The notes: a model not told the origin generated them from the sequence alone. A stretch of 64,000 bases of DNA from Escherichia coli (GCF_024298765.1 NZ_CP101210.1); one strand, 5' to 3'; counted from the first letter of the stretch, positions 1 through 11,738 are shown. Numbers and translations are program-made.

Positions 1-17
1 CGTTTAACGGTAACGGT

Positions 18-43
18 GTCCCGAAACGAAGCCGTTTCGGGAC
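18..43 (+). other. Perfect 11-bp stem-loop (gtcccgaaacg / cgtttcgggac) in the region upstream of gadC, presumably the gadB-gadC intercistronic spacer
   Basis: Inverted repeat read directly from the sequence; position is 110 bp upstream of the gadC start. Role (mRNA processing or stability element versus attenuator) not determinable from sequence. Confidence 0.4.
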
Positions 44-152
44 AATTTCCAAAGTCTGTTCACTGGCATTAGCAACGGAAAATATTGTTCTGAATACGCT
101 TCAGAACAAAACAGGTGCGGTTCCGACAGGAATACCGTTTTAGGGGGATAAT

Positions 153-1688
153 ATGGCTACATCAGTACAGACAGGTAAAGCTAAGCAGCTCACATTACTC
201 GGATTTTTTGCCATAACGGCATCGATGGTAATGGCTGTTTATGAATACCCTACCTTCGCAACATCGGGCTTTTCATTAGTCTTCTTCCTGCTATTAGGCG
301 GGATTTTATGGTTTATTCCCGTGGGACTTTGTGCTGCGGAAATGGCTACCGTCGACGGCTGGGAAGAAGGTGGCGTCTTCGCCTGGGTATCAAATACTCT
401 GGGGCCGAGATGGGGATTTGCAGCGATCTCATTTGGCTATCTGCAAATCGCCATTGGTTTTATTCCGATGCTCTATTTCGTGTTAGGGGCACTCTCCTAC
501 ATCCTGAAATGGCCAGCGCTGAATGAAGACCCCATTACCAAAACTATTGCAGCACTCATCATTCTTTGGGCGCTGGCATTAACGCAGTTTGGTGGCACGA
601 AATACACGGCGCGAATTGCTAAAGTTGGCTTCTTCGCCGGTATCCTGTTACCTGCATTTATTTTGATCGCATTAGCGGCTATTTATCTGCACTCCGGTGC
701 CCCCGTTGCTATCGAAATGGATTCGAAGACCTTCTTCCCTGACTTCTCTAAAGTGGGCACCCTGGTTGTATTTGTTGCCTTCATTTTGAGTTATATGGGC
801 GTTGAAGCTTCCGCAACCCACGTCAATGAAATGAGCAATCCAGGGCGCGACTATCCACTGGCTATGTTACTGCTGATGGTGGCGGCAATCTGCTTAAGCT
901 CTGTTGGCGGTTTGTCTATTGCGATGGTCATTCCGGGTAATGAAATCAACCTCTCCGCAGGGGTAATGCAAACCTTTACCGTTCTGATGTCACATGTGGC
1001 ACCGGAAATTGAGTGGACGGTTCGCGTGATCTCCGCACTGCTGTTGCTGGGTGTTCTGGCGGAAATCGCTTCCTGGATTGTTGGTCCTTCTCGCGGGATG
1101 TATGTCACAGCGCAGAAAAACCTGCTGCCAGCGGCATTCGCTAAAATGAACAAAAATGGCGTACCGGTAACGCTGGTCATTTCGCAGCTGGTGATTACTT
1201 CTACCGCGTTGATCATCCTCACCAATACCGGTGGCGGTAACAACATGTCCTTCCTGATCGCACTGGCGCTGACGGTGGTGATTTATCTGTGTGCTTATTT
1301 CATGCTGTTTATTGGCTACATTGTGTTGGTTCTTAAACATCCTGACTTAAAACGCACATTTAATATCCCTGGTGGTAAAGGGGTGAAACTGGTCGTGGCT
1401 ATTGTCGGTCTGCTGACTTCAATTATGGCGTTTATTGTTTCCTTCCTGCCGCCGGATAACATCCAGGGTGACTCTACCGATATGTATGTTGAATTACTGG
1501 TCGTTAGTTTCCTGGTGGTACTTGCCCTGCCCTTTATTCTCTATGCTGTTCATGATCGTAAAAGCAAAGCGAATACCGGCGTCACTCTGGAGCCAATCAA
1601 CAGTCAGAACGCACCAAAAGGTCACTTCTTCCTGCACCCGCGTGCACGTTCACCACACTATATTGTGATGAATGACAAGAAACACTAA
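153..1688 (+). CDS. gadC: Glutamate:GABA antiporter (APC-family permease)
   Basis: 511-aa ORF with a polytopic membrane profile; translation recognised as GadC; synteny with yddW-dosCP. Confidence 0.93.
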   Translation: MATSVQTGKAKQLTLLGFFAITASMVMAVYEYPTFATSGFSLVFFLLLGGILWFIPVGLCAAEMATVDGWEEGGVFAWVSNTLGPRWGFAAISFGYLQIAIGFIPMLYFVLGALSYILKWPALNEDPITKTIAALIILWALALTQFGGTKYTARIAKVGFFAGILLPAFILIALAAIYLHSGAPVAIEMDSKTFFPDFSKVGTLVVFVAFILSYMGVEASATHVNEMSNPGRDYPLAMLLLMVAAICLSSVGGLSIAMVIPGNEINLSAGVMQTFTVLMSHVAPEIEWTVRVISALLLLGVLAEIASWIVGPSRGMYVTAQKNLLPAAFAKMNKNGVPVTLVISQLVITSTALIILTNTGGGNNMSFLIALALTVVIYLCAYFMLFIGYIVLVLKHPDLKRTFNIPGGKGVKLVVAIVGLLTSIMAFIVSFLPPDNIQGDSTDMYVELLVVSFLVVLALPFILYAVHDRKSKANTGVTLEPINSQNAPKGHFFLHPRARSPHYIVMNDKKH

Positions 1689-1712
1689 CCATGTCTGAAT
1701 GGTTATAAGATA

Positions 1713-1745
1713 AGGGAGCGATAATTCATCGCTCCCTTTTTCGTG
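1713..1745 (+). terminator. Rho-independent terminator after gadC
   Basis: GC-rich hairpin agggagcg...cgctccct followed by a T-run, 25 bp after the gadC stop. Confidence 0.7.
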
Positions 1746-1818
1746 CTTGCTGTCGTATTGACTTAACCGGGATAAGTACGAGAATGAGCGCACATCTGTT
1801 TACCGGAAACCAGCACAT

Positions 1819-3138
1819 ATGGATATCTGCTCCCGAAACGAGAAATTAGCGATTAGAAGACCAGCGATACTGGTTGCACTGGCACTTTTACTGTGTAGTT
1901 GCAAAAGCACGCCTCCAGAGTCAATGGTGACACCACCAACAGGTTCGAAGCCACCAGCTACGACGCAACAATCGTCACAACCGATGCGTGGCATCTGGCT
2001 GGCCACAGTGTCTCGCCTCGACTGGCCACCGGTTTCCTCGGTTAACATTAGTAACCCCACCAGCCGGGCCCGTGTACAACAACAGGCGATGGTCGACAAA
2101 CTGGATCATCTGCAACGTCTCGGCATCAACACGGTCTTTTTCCAGGTCAAGCCGGACGGTACCGCCCTGTGGCCATCGAAAATTTTGCCGTGGTCCGATC
2201 TTATGACCGGAAAGATTGGTGAAAATCCAGGTTACGATCCGCTGCAATTTATGCTCGACGAAGCCCACAAGCGTGGGATGAAAGTACACGCCTGGTTTAA
2301 CCCCTATCGCGTATCGGTTAATACGAAGCCCGGTACTATCAGGGAACTGAATAGCACTCTGTCTCAACAACCAGCGAGCGTCTATGTGCAACACCGCGAC
2401 TGGATCAGAACGTCCGGCGATCGCTTTGTCCTCGACCCGGGCATACCTGAGGTTCAGGACTGGATCACATCAATAGTCGCGGAAGTGGTTTCCCGCTATC
2501 CGGTAGATGGCGTGCAGTTTGACGACTATTTCTATACTGAGTCACCAGGTTCACGGCTAAATGATAACGAAACGTACCGCAAATACGGAGGCGCATTTGC
2601 GTCAAAAGCAGACTGGCGGCGCAACAATACTCAGCAGTTAATTGCAAAGGTATCGCACACTATTAAAAGCATTAAGCCGGAAGTCGAATTTGGCGTTAGC
2701 CCGGCAGGCGTGTGGCGTAACCGATCACACGATCCGCTCGGTTCCGATACCCGAGGCGCGGCAGCCTATGACGAATCCTACGCTGACACCCGTCGATGGG
2801 TGGAACAAGGATTGCTGGATTACATTGCTCCCCAAATTTACTGGCCGTTCTCACGGAGTGCCGCACGTTATGACGTTTTGGCAAAATGGTGGGCGGATGT
2901 CGTTAAACCGACCAGGACCCGCCTGTATATCGGTATCGCCTTCTATAAAGTAGGAGAACCTTCAAAGATAGAGCCAGACTGGATGATTAACGGCGGCGTA
3001 CCGGAACTGAAAAAGCAGCTCGATCTTAACGATGCCGTGCCAGAAATTAGCGGCACAATCTTGTTCCGTGAGGACTATCTGAATAAGCCACAGACTCAAC
3101 AAGCGGTCAGCTATCTGCAAAGTCGTTGGGGCAGTTAA
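1819..3138 (+). CDS. yddW: Lipoprotein YddW, glycoside-hydrolase-like
   Basis: 439-aa ORF; signal peptide with a lipobox (LLLCSCKS); recognised by translation and position between gadC and dosC. Confidence 0.85.
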   Translation: MDICSRNEKLAIRRPAILVALALLLCSCKSTPPESMVTPPTGSKPPATTQQSSQPMRGIWLATVSRLDWPPVSSVNISNPTSRARVQQQAMVDKLDHLQRLGINTVFFQVKPDGTALWPSKILPWSDLMTGKIGENPGYDPLQFMLDEAHKRGMKVHAWFNPYRVSVNTKPGTIRELNSTLSQQPASVYVQHRDWIRTSGDRFVLDPGIPEVQDWITSIVAEVVSRYPVDGVQFDDYFYTESPGSRLNDNETYRKYGGAFASKADWRRNNTQQLIAKVSHTIKSIKPEVEFGVSPAGVWRNRSHDPLGSDTRGAAAYDESYADTRRWVEQGLLDYIAPQIYWPFSRSAARYDVLAKWWADVVKPTRTRLYIGIAFYKVGEPSKIEPDWMINGGVPELKKQLDLNDAVPEISGTILFREDYLNKPQTQQAVSYLQSRWGS

Positions 3139-3513
3139 ACTCCCATTCTTACTTTGTAACAAGCCGGTGCTTTCCCCCCGGCTTGTTACCCTCTTGAAAT
3201 ATCCCACTAGTAATCATGCTTACTTAAGTCAAATTAACTACGCAATTAACCACACTTAGTTAAACAGTCATAAATCCCCTAATAAAAATGTATGAATATG
3301 AAAAAACATACGATATTCGCTGTCACCGAAAAATAATTACGATGGGCTATACTCTTCTGAAGAACAGTAGCGTAGATTGAAACTGTCCTAAGTCGCTTAT
3401 TTGTTTTCAGTATATCTTCATATTTCAGGAGAATATGGTGCAGTTAGTCGATCTCGCACATTGCGTTTCGTTTTGATTCCGTCTGCTTTCCCAGCCTTAT
3501 AAGGGTGTGAATT

Positions 3514-4896
3514 ATGGAGATGTATTTTAAAAGAATGAAAGATGAGTGGACCGGGCTTGTCGAACAAGCAGATCCGCTCATTCGTGCTAAAGCCGCGGAA
3601 ATTGCCGTTGCGCATGCCCATTATCTGAGTATTGAGTTTTACCGAATTGTCCGTATCGACCCGCATGCCGAAGAATTCTTGAGTAATGAACAAGTTGAGC
3701 GGCAGTTGAAAAGTGCGATGGAACGCTGGATTATTAACGTGCTTTCTGCCCAGGTTGACGATGTCGAAAGGCTAATACAAATCCAGCATACCGTTGCGGA
3801 AGTGCATGCCCGCATAGGAATTCCGGTAGAAATTGTCGAGATGGGGTTTCGGGTGCTGAAAAAAATCCTCTATCCAGTCATCTTCTCTTCGGATTATTCC
3901 GCCGCAGAAAAACTTCAGGTCTACCATTTCTCGATTAACAGTATTGATATCGCTATGGAAGTGATGACCCGCGCGTTTACCTTTAGTGACAATAGTGCCT
4001 CAAAGGAAGATGAAAACTATCGTATCTTCTCGTTACTGGAAAATGCCGAAGAAGAAAAAGAACGGCAAATAGCCTCATTACTTTCATGGGAAATAGATAT
4101 TATCTATAAAGTCCTGCTGGATTCTGATTTAGGCAGTAGTTTGCCTTTAAGCCAGGCTGATTTTGGCCTGTGGTTTAACCATAAAGGTCGACATTATTTT
4201 AGCGGCATAGCCGAAGTGGGCCATATCTCCCGTCTGATTCAGGATTTCGACGGTATTTTCAATCAAACCATGCGTAATACCAGGAATTTGAATAACAGAA
4301 GTTTGCGGGTGAAATTTTTATTACAGATAAGAAATACCGTATCGCAAATTATTACCTTGCTGCGTGAATTGTTTGAAGAAGTATCGCGCCACGAAGTCGG
4401 TATGGATGTCCTGACGAAATTACTTAACCGCCGTTTCCTGCCGACGATCTTCAAACGCGAAATTGCCCATGCCAACCGGACCGGTACACCGCTGTCAGTG
4501 CTGATTATTGACGTTGATAAATTCAAAGAGATCAACGATACGTGGGGCCATAACACTGGCGATGAAATTCTGCGTAAAGTCTCTCAGGCCTTTTATGACA
4601 ACGTCCGCAGTAGTGATTATGTTTTCCGCTACGGGGGCGATGAATTTATCATTGTTTTGACTGAAGCTTCGGAAAACGAAACGTTACGTACCGCAGAACG
4701 TATTCGCAGTCGGGTGGAGAAAACCAAACTGAAAGCCGCAAACGGCGAGGATATTGCCCTCTCACTTTCCATCGGTGCCGCCATGTTTAATGGTCATCCT
4801 GACTATGAGCGCCTCATTCAAATAGCCGATGAAGCTCTGTATATCGCCAAAAGACGAGGTAGAAACCGTGTTGAACTCTGGAAAGCCAGTCTTTAG
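3514..4896 (+). CDS. dosC: Globin-coupled diguanylate cyclase DosC
   Basis: 460-aa ORF; N-terminal globin-like sensor and C-terminal GGDEF domain (RYGGDEF motif); immediately upstream of dosP. Confidence 0.92.
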   Translation: MEMYFKRMKDEWTGLVEQADPLIRAKAAEIAVAHAHYLSIEFYRIVRIDPHAEEFLSNEQVERQLKSAMERWIINVLSAQVDDVERLIQIQHTVAEVHARIGIPVEIVEMGFRVLKKILYPVIFSSDYSAAEKLQVYHFSINSIDIAMEVMTRAFTFSDNSASKEDENYRIFSLLENAEEEKERQIASLLSWEIDIIYKVLLDSDLGSSLPLSQADFGLWFNHKGRHYFSGIAEVGHISRLIQDFDGIFNQTMRNTRNLNNRSLRVKFLLQIRNTVSQIITLLRELFEEVSRHEVGMDVLTKLLNRRFLPTIFKREIAHANRTGTPLSVLIIDVDKFKEINDTWGHNTGDEILRKVSQAFYDNVRSSDYVFRYGGDEFIIVLTEASENETLRTAERIRSRVEKTKLKAANGEDIALSLSIGAAMFNGHPDYERLIQIADEALYIAKRRGRNRVELWKASL

Positions 4897-4920
4897 ATGC
4901 GCCAGGATGCAGAGGTAATC

Positions 4921-7320
4921 ATGAAGCTAACCGATGCGGATAATGCCGCCGATGGCATTTTTTTCCCCGCCCTTGAGCAAAATATGATGGGCGCGGTGTT
5001 AATTAACGAAAATGATGAAGTGATGTTTTTCAACCCCGCCGCAGAGAAGCTCTGGGGGTACAAACGTGAAGAAGTCATTGGCAATAACATTGATATGCTG
5101 ATTCCGCGGGATTTGCGTCCTGCGCATCCTCAATACATTCGTCACAACCGTGAAGGTGGTAAAGCTCGCGTCGAGGGGATGAGTCGGGAGCTGCAGCTGG
5201 AGAAAAAAGACGGCAGTAAAATCTGGACCCGTTTTGCGCTATCGAAAGTGAGCGCCGAGGGGAAAGTTTATTACCTGGCGCTGGTACGGGATGCCAGCGT
5301 AGAAATGGCGCAAAAAGAACAGACCCGACAATTGATTATTGCCGTTGACCATCTCGACCGACCGGTGATTGTCCTCGATCCGGAACGCCATATTGTGCAG
5401 TGCAATCGCGCATTTACCGAAATGTTTGGTTACTGCATTAACGAAGCCAGCGGTATGCAGCCCGATACACTCCTGAACATTCCAGAATTCCCTGCTGATA
5501 ACCGTATTCGTTTACAGCAGTTGCTATGGAAAACCGCCCGCGATCAGGACGAATTTCTGCTGTTGACGCGCACCGGTGAAAAAATCTGGATTAAAGCCTC
5601 TATCAGCCCGGTTTATGACGTGCTCGCGCATCTGCAGAACCTGGTAATGACATTCTCGGATATCACCGAAGAAAGGCAAATCCGCCAGCTTGAAGGCAAT
5701 ATTCTCGCCGCCATGTGCAGCAGCCCCCCATTTCATGAAATGGGGGAAATCATTTGTCGTAACATCGAATCTGTTCTCAACGAATCGCATGTTTCGCTGT
5801 TCGCGCTGCGCAACGGGATGCCGATACACTGGGCGTCATCTTCGCACGGTGCAGAAGTTCAAAATGCGCAAAGCTGGTCAGCGACCATTCGTCAGCGCGA
5901 TGGCACGCCTGCGGGGATCCTGCAAATTAAAACCTCGTCAGGAGCAGAAACCAGCGCCTTTATCGAACGCGTGGCAGATATCAGCCAGCATATGGCCGCG
6001 CTGGCGCTGGAACAGGAAAAAAGCCGTCAGCATATTGAACAACTCATCCAATTTGATCCGATGACCGGTCTGCCAAATCGCAATAACCTGCACAATTACC
6101 TCGATGACCTGGTCGACAAAGCCGTCTCTCCGGTGGTGTATCTCATCGGTGTTGACCATATTCAGGATGTGATTGATAGCCTTGGCTATGCGTGGACCGA
6201 TCAGGCATTGCTGGAAGTGGTCAATCGCTTTCGTGAAAAACTCAAACCGGATCAGTATCTCTGTCGTATTGAAGGTGCGTCTTTTGTCCTCGTGAGCCTG
6301 GAAAACGATGTCAGTAACATTACCCAGATCGCCGATGAGCTACGGAATGTGGTCAGCAAGCCGATAATGATTGACGATAAACCATTCCCGCTCACCTTGA
6401 GCATTGGCATCAGCTACGACGAGGGTAAAAACCGCGATTACCTGCTCTCCACTGCTCACAATGCAATGGATTTTATTCGCAAAAATGGCGGTAACGGCTG
6501 GCAGTTCTTCAGCCCGGCGATGAACGAAATGGTAAAAGAGCGTTTGGTTTTAGGCGCAGCGCTAAAAGAAGCGATTAGTAATAACCAACTTAAACTGGTT
6601 TATCAGCCGCAAATCTTCGCAGAAACGGGTGAACTGTACGGCATCGAAGCCCTTGCTCGCTGGTACGATCCCCTGCATGGTCATGTGCCCCCTTCACGGT
6701 TTATTCCTCTCGCAGAAGAGATTGGTGAAATCGAAAATATTGGGCGCTGGGTCATCGCGGAAGCTTGCCGTCAGTTAGCAGAATGGCGTAGCCAGAATAT
6801 TCATATCCCGGCGTTATCCGTTAACTTGTCTGCGCTGCACTTTCGCAGTAATCAGCTGCCTAATCAGGTATCTGATGCAATGCACGCCTGGGGTATTGAC
6901 GGCCACCAGCTGACGGTGGAAATCACGGAAAGCATGATGATGGAACACGATACCGAAATCTTTAAGCGCATTCAGATCCTGCGCGATATGGGCATCGGTT
7001 TATCGGTAGATGATTTTGGTACAGGCTTTTCCGGATTATCCCGCTTAGTCAGTCTTCCGGTAACGGAAATCAAAATTGATAAAAGTTTTGTCGATCGTTG
7101 TCTGACCGAAAAACGCATCCTTGCCTTACTCGAAGCCATTACCAGCATTGGGCAAAGCCTCAATTTAACCGTCGTGGCGGAAGGCATCGAAACCAAAGAG
7201 CAATTTGAGATGCTACGCAAGATCCACTGTCGCGTTATTCAGGGATATTTCTTTTCCCGCCCCCTGCCCGCCGAAGAAATTCCAGGCTGGATGAGCAGCG
7301 TGTTACCGCTGAAAATCTGA
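4921..7320 (+). CDS. dosP: Heme-PAS c-di-GMP phosphodiesterase DosP (PAS-GGDEF-EAL)
   Basis: ORF track gives 4897..7320; start moved to the ATG at 4921 (RBS gaggtaa 6 nt upstream), giving the 799-aa product; degenerate GGDEF plus an EAL domain (EAL at EALAR); forms an operon with dosC. Confidence 0.9.
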   Translation: MKLTDADNAADGIFFPALEQNMMGAVLINENDEVMFFNPAAEKLWGYKREEVIGNNIDMLIPRDLRPAHPQYIRHNREGGKARVEGMSRELQLEKKDGSKIWTRFALSKVSAEGKVYYLALVRDASVEMAQKEQTRQLIIAVDHLDRPVIVLDPERHIVQCNRAFTEMFGYCINEASGMQPDTLLNIPEFPADNRIRLQQLLWKTARDQDEFLLLTRTGEKIWIKASISPVYDVLAHLQNLVMTFSDITEERQIRQLEGNILAAMCSSPPFHEMGEIICRNIESVLNESHVSLFALRNGMPIHWASSSHGAEVQNAQSWSATIRQRDGTPAGILQIKTSSGAETSAFIERVADISQHMAALALEQEKSRQHIEQLIQFDPMTGLPNRNNLHNYLDDLVDKAVSPVVYLIGVDHIQDVIDSLGYAWTDQALLEVVNRFREKLKPDQYLCRIEGASFVLVSLENDVSNITQIADELRNVVSKPIMIDDKPFPLTLSIGISYDEGKNRDYLLSTAHNAMDFIRKNGGNGWQFFSPAMNEMVKERLVLGAALKEAISNNQLKLVYQPQIFAETGELYGIEALARWYDPLHGHVPPSRFIPLAEEIGEIENIGRWVIAEACRQLAEWRSQNIHIPALSVNLSALHFRSNQLPNQVSDAMHAWGIDGHQLTVEITESMMMEHDTEIFKRIQILRDMGIGLSVDDFGTGFSGLSRLVSLPVTEIKIDKSFVDRCLTEKRILALLEAITSIGQSLNLTVVAEGIETKEQFEMLRKIHCRVIQGYFFSRPLPAEEIPGWMSSVLPLKI

Positions 7321-7333
7321 TAAATTCCTCTCG

Positions 7334-7352
7334 CCCGCACTCGCGGGTTTTT
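7334..7352 (+). terminator. Rho-independent terminator after dosP
   Basis: Hairpin cccgc-actc-gcggg followed by ttttt, 14 bp after the dosP stop. Confidence 0.75.
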
Positions 7353-7445
7353 ATTTAACGTGACACTGTCACTTAAATACTGTGATTTCCGCTACGTTTA
7401 GTTGGACAACGACAACGCATAGCCATGTCACAACAATCCCTTCTC

Positions 7446-7505
7446 AGCCTGATGTGATTGTGCTGACGCATCAGGCAATCACGCGCCTGACGCGTCATCC
7501 GGCAA
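7446..7505. repeat. REP-like palindromic element(s) in the dosP-osmC spacer
   Basis: Imperfect palindromes cctgatg...catcagg and gcctgacgcgtcatccggca resemble the REP consensus; located where the ddp operon sits in K-12. Confidence 0.5.
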
Positions 7506-7509
7506 CACT

Positions 7510-7941
7510 TTACGATTTCAACTGGTAATCAAGCGTAATTTCAGCTTTCAGTACCTGAGAAACCGGGCATCCTGCTTTTGCTTTCTGGATAATGCCGTCA
7601 AAAGTAGAGGCATCAATACCCGGCACCGCAACTTCGCTTTTCAGTGCGATTTTAGTAATCGCAAAACCGGCATCCACTTTATCCAGCGACACATCTGCGG
7701 TGGTATCAATCGATGTTGGCGTGAATCCCGCTTCCCCCAGCATTAATGAAAGCGCCATTGAGAAACATGCGGCATGCGCTGCGCCAATCAGTTCTTCAGG
7801 GTTGGTTCCTTTTTCGCCTTCAAAACGCGTGTTAAATCCATACGGCTGTTGGTTCAGCACGCCGCTCTCGGTGGATACAGTTCCCTTCCCGCGTTTGATA
7901 TCGCCTTCCCAGTGTGCCTGACCTTTCTTATGGATTGTCAT
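7510..7941 (-). CDS. osmC: Osmotically inducible peroxiredoxin OsmC
   Basis: 143-aa ORF; OsmC/Ohr family; translation recognised. Confidence 0.93.
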   Translation of the reverse strand: MTIHKKGQAHWEGDIKRGKGTVSTESGVLNQQPYGFNTRFEGEKGTNPEELIGAAHAACFSMALSLMLGEAGFTPTSIDTTADVSLDKVDAGFAITKIALKSEVAVPGIDASTFDGIIQKAKAGCPVSQVLKAEITLDYQLKS

Positions 7942-8285
7942 TGTTGCTCTCCTGTGGGCTTAAAAAGGAAATTATAGACTACGTGAGAAACAGCACGAGG
8001 ATAAGCAGGATATTCCGAATAAAATCCGGCGAAAACATTATCTCTGTACTTAAATTAAATTCCCACAATAGATAACAGGAAATATATGACTCAAAAGATA
8101 TTGTATCAATATTAATCGATTCACACCAATAACAATCCCTATCAATATCATAGTGTTAAAATATAAAACTCATCAACCAGGACTAATCTTAACAACGAAG
8201 CGGCAAATATTTGCCATGCTGAATGTGCTTTATAAATCTGCGATCCGTAGCAGACACCATAAATACACAGACACGGAGAATCACT

Positions 8286-8501
8286 ATGTTTACTTATTAT
8301 CAGGCAGAAAATTCAACAGCAGAACCCGCTCTGGTTAATGCCATTGAGCAAGGCCTTCGGGCAGAGCACGGTGTTGTCACTGAAGATGACATTCTCATGG
8401 AGCTGACCAAATGGGTGGAAGCTTCTGATAACGACATCCTCAGTGATATCTACCAGCAAACGATCAATTATGTGGTCAGTGGCCAGCACCCTACGCTTTA
8501 A
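8286..8501 (+). CDS. bdm: Biofilm-dependent modulation protein Bdm
   Basis: 71-aa product from the internal ATG at 8286 (MFTYYQAENSTAEP...); the ORF-track entry 8223..8501 is an upstream extension. Confidence 0.85.
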   Translation: MFTYYQAENSTAEPALVNAIEQGLRAEHGVVTEDDILMELTKWVEASDNDILSDIYQQTINYVVSGQHPTL

Positions 8502-8602
8502 GGTGCTATGCTTGATCGGCAACCTAATTTAGGGGTTTAGCACGTGTTTCTTCGCTACGGCGATGTTGTCCTTAAAACTAGCAACAGGATTGAGGAGTTA
8601 AA

Positions 8603-8740
8603 ATGAAATCGAACCGTCAGGCACGTCATATTCTTGGACTGGACCATAAAATTTCTAACCAGCGCAAAATAGTTACCGAAGGTGACAAATCCAGCGTGGT
8701 AAATAACCCAACCGGCAGAAAACGCCCCGCTGAAAAGTAA
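8603..8740 (+). CDS. sra: Stationary-phase ribosome-associated protein Sra (RpsV)
   Basis: 45-aa ORF ([22 protein letters not shown]...) with RBS ggag; below the ORF-track size cutoff; found by reading the bdm-maeA spacer. Confidence 0.85.
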
Positions 8741-8770
8741 TTCATAACCATCAGTCCTCAATGACGATTA

Positions 8771-8800
8771 AACACCATTGCCTGCGCAATGGTGTTTTTG
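8771..8800 (+). terminator. Rho-independent terminator after sra
   Basis: Hairpin aacaccattg-cctgcg-caatggtgtt followed by tttttgttttt. Confidence 0.7.
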
Positions 8801-8896
8801 TTTTTATCTGCTTTATACTTGGGGCCGACGCCCTGGCGGTAAAGCAAAGACGATAAAAGCACCCCAGGGATGGATATTCAAAAAAGAGTGAGTGAC

Positions 8897-10594
8897 ATGG
8901 AACCAAAAACAAAAAAACAGCGTTCGCTTTATATTCCTTACGCTGGCCCTGTACTGCTGGAATTTCCGTTGTTGAATAAAGGCAGCGCCTTCAGCATGGA
9001 AGAACGCCGTAACTTCAACCTGCTGGGGTTACTGCCGGAAGTGGTCGAAACCATCGAAGAACAAGCGGAACGAGCATGGATCCAGTATCAGGGATTCAAA
9101 ACCGAAATCGACAAACACATCTACCTGCGTAACATCCAGGACACTAACGAAACCCTCTTCTACCGTCTGGTAAACAATCATCTTGATGAGATGATGCCTG
9201 TTATTTATACCCCAACCGTCGGCGCAGCCTGTGAGCGTTTTTCTGAGATCTACCGCCGTTCACGCGGCGTGTTTATCTCTTACCAGAACCGCCACAATAT
9301 GGACGATATTCTGCAAAACGTGCCGAACCATAATATTAAAGTGATTGTGGTGACTGACGGTGAACGTATTCTGGGGCTTGGTGACCAGGGCATCGGCGGG
9401 ATGGGCATTCCGATCGGTAAACTGTCACTCTATACCGCCTGTGGCGGCATCAGCCCGGCGTATACCCTTCCGGTGGTGCTGGATGTCGGGACGAACAACC
9501 AACAGCTGCTTAATGATCCGCTGTATATGGGCTGGCGTAATCCGCGTATCACTGACGACGAATACTATGAATTCGTTGATGAATTTATCCAGGCTGTGAA
9601 ACAACGCTGGCCGGACGTACTGTTGCAGTTTGAAGACTTCGCACAAAAAAATGCGATGCCGTTACTTAACCGCTATCGCAATGAAATTTGTTCTTTTAAC
9701 GATGACATTCAGGGCACTGCGGCGGTAACAGTCGGCACACTGATCGCAGCCAGCCGCGCAGCAGGTGGTCAACTGAGCGAGAAAAAGATTGTCTTCCTCG
9801 GCGCAGGCTCTGCGGGGTGCGGCATTGCCGAAATGATCATCGCCCAGACTCAGCGTGAAGGATTAAGCGAGGAAGCGGCGCGGCAGAAAGTCTTTATGGT
9901 TGATCGCTTTGGCCTGCTGACCGACAAGATGCCGAACCTGCTGCCTTTCCAGACCAAACTGGTGCAGAAGCGCGAAAACCTCAGTGACTGGGATACCGAC
10001 AGCGATGTGCTGTCACTGCTGGATGTGGTGCGTAATGTAAAACCAGATATTCTGATTGGCGTCTCAGGACAGACCGGGCTGTTTACGGAAGAGATTATCC
10101 GTGAGATGCATAAACACTGTCCGCGTCCGATCGTGATGCCGCTGTCTAACCCGACTTCACGCGTGGAAGCCACACCGCAGGACATTATCGCCTGGACTGA
10201 AGGTAACGCGCTGGTCGCCACTGGCAGTCCGTTTAACCCAGTGGTATGGAAAGATAAAATCTACCCTATCGCCCAGTGTAACAACGCCTTTATTTTCCCG
10301 GGCATCGGGCTGGGCGTTATTGCTTCCGGCGCGTCACGTATCACCGATGAGATGCTGATGTCGGCAAGTGAAACGCTTGCTCAGTATTCGCCGCTGGTCC
10401 TGAACGGCGAAGGTCTGGTACTACCGGAACTGAAAGATATTCAGAAAGTCTCCCGCGCAATTGCCTTTGCGGTTGGCAAAATGGCGCAGCAGCAAGGCGT
10501 GGCGGTGAAAACGTCTGCCGAAGCTCTGCAACAGGCCATTGATGATAATTTCTGGCACGCCGAATACCGCGACTACCGCCGTACCTCCATCTAA
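8897..10594 (+). CDS. maeA: NAD-dependent malic enzyme
   Basis: 565-aa product from the ATG at 8897 ([18 protein letters not shown]...); malic enzyme family; the ORF-track start at 8870 is an N-terminal extension. Confidence 0.92.
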   Translation: MEPKTKKQRSLYIPYAGPVLLEFPLLNKGSAFSMEERRNFNLLGLLPEVVETIEEQAERAWIQYQGFKTEIDKHIYLRNIQDTNETLFYRLVNNHLDEMMPVIYTPTVGAACERFSEIYRRSRGVFISYQNRHNMDDILQNVPNHNIKVIVVTDGERILGLGDQGIGGMGIPIGKLSLYTACGGISPAYTLPVVLDVGTNNQQLLNDPLYMGWRNPRITDDEYYEFVDEFIQAVKQRWPDVLLQFEDFAQKNAMPLLNRYRNEICSFNDDIQGTAAVTVGTLIAASRAAGGQLSEKKIVFLGAGSAGCGIAEMIIAQTQREGLSEEAARQKVFMVDRFGLLTDKMPNLLPFQTKLVQKRENLSDWDTDSDVLSLLDVVRNVKPDILIGVSGQTGLFTEEIIREMHKHCPRPIVMPLSNPTSRVEATPQDIIAWTEGNALVATGSPFNPVVWKDKIYPIAQCNNAFIFPGIGLGVIASGASRITDEMLMSASETLAQYSPLVLNGEGLVLPELKDIQKVSRAIAFAVGKMAQQQGVAVKTSAEALQQAIDDNFWHAEYRDYRRTSI

Positions 10595-10600
10595 GCCTGC

Positions 10601-10630
10601 GCCCGGTGGTGAAAGCTGCCGGGCAATTTT
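10601..10630 (+). terminator. Probable terminator after maeA
   Basis: Hairpin gcccggtggtgaaagctgccgggc followed by aatttt. Confidence 0.55.
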
Positions 10631-10727
10631 CCTCTCCCTTTTTCAGATCTCATCCATACTGGGTAGTGGCGAATAAATCTCATTTGCCTCACCTGCTATG
10701 CAGAACATCATCCGAAAAGGAGGAACT

Positions 10728-11738
10728 ATGAAGGCTGCAGTTGTTACGAAGGATCATCATGTTGACGTTACGGATAAAACACTGCGCTCACTGAAACATG
10801 GCGAAGCCCTGCTGAAAATGGAGTGTTGTGGTGTATGTCATACCGATCTTCATGTTAAGAATGGCGATTTTGGTGACAAAACCGGCGTAATTCTGGGCCA
10901 TGAAGGCATCGGTGTGGTGGCAGAAGTTGGCCCAGGTGTCACCTCATTAAAACCAGGCGATCGTGCCAGCGTGGCGTGGTTTTACGAAGGATGCGGTCAT
11001 TGCGAATACTGTAACAGTGGTAACGAAACGCTCTGCCGTTCAGTTAAAAATGCCGGATACAGCGTTGATGGCGGGATGGCGGAAGAGTGCATCGTGGTCG
11101 CCGATTACGCGGTAAAAGTGCCAGATGGCCTGGACTCGGCGGCGGCCAGCAGCATTACCTGTGCGGGGGTCACCACCTATAAAGCGGTGAAACTGTCAAA
11201 AATTCGTCCCGGTCAGTGGATTGCTATCTACGGTCTTGGCGGTCTGGGTAACCTCGCCCTGCAATACGCGAAGAATGTCTTTAACGCCAAAGTGATCGCC
11301 ATTGATGTCAATGATGAGCAGTTAAAACTGGCAACCGAAATGGGCGCTGATTTAGCGATTAACTCACGCACTGAAGACGCCGCCAAAATTGTGCAAGAAA
11401 AAACCGGTGGCGCTCACGCCGCGGTGGTGACAGCGGTAGCTAAAGCTGCGTTTAACTCGGCGGTTGATGCTGTACGAGCAGGCGGTCGTGTTGTGGCTGT
11501 CGGTCTGCCGCCGGAGTCTATGAGCCTGGACATCCCACGCCTTGTGCTGGATGGTATTGAAGTGGTCGGTTCGCTGGTCGGCACGCGCCAGGATCTAACC
11601 GAAGCCTTCCAGTTTGCCGCCGAAGGCAAAGTGGTGCCGAAAGTCGCCCTGCGTCCGTTAGCGGACATCAACACCATCTTTACCGAGATGGAAGAAGGCA
11701 AAATCCGTGGCCGTATGGTGATTGATTTCCGCCGCTAA
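10728..11738 (+). CDS. adhP: Zn-dependent alcohol dehydrogenase (propanol-preferring)
   Basis: 336-aa product from the ATG at 10728 preceded by RBS aaaggagg; medium-chain dehydrogenase motifs (GHEGIG, Cys-rich Zn site). Confidence 0.92.
   Translation: MKAAVVTKDHHVDVTDKTLRSLKHGEALLKMECCGVCHTDLHVKNGDFGDKTGVILGHEGIGVVAEVGPGVTSLKPGDRASVAWFYEGCGHCEYCNSGNETLCRSVKNAGYSVDGGMAEECIVVADYAVKVPDGLDSAAASSITCAGVTTYKAVKLSKIRPGQWIAIYGLGGLGNLALQYAKNVFNAKVIAIDVNDEQLKLATEMGADLAINSRTEDAAKIVQEKTGGAHAAVVTAVAKAAFNSAVDAVRAGGRVVAVGLPPESMSLDIPRLVLDGIEVVGSLVGTRQDLTEAFQFAAEGKVVPKVALRPLADINTIFTEMEEGKIRGRMVIDFRR

Noticed and set aside
8153-8338. 61-aa ORF overlapping the bdm start
   Set aside because: Out of frame with bdm, lies in the osmC/bdm promoter region, no RBS.
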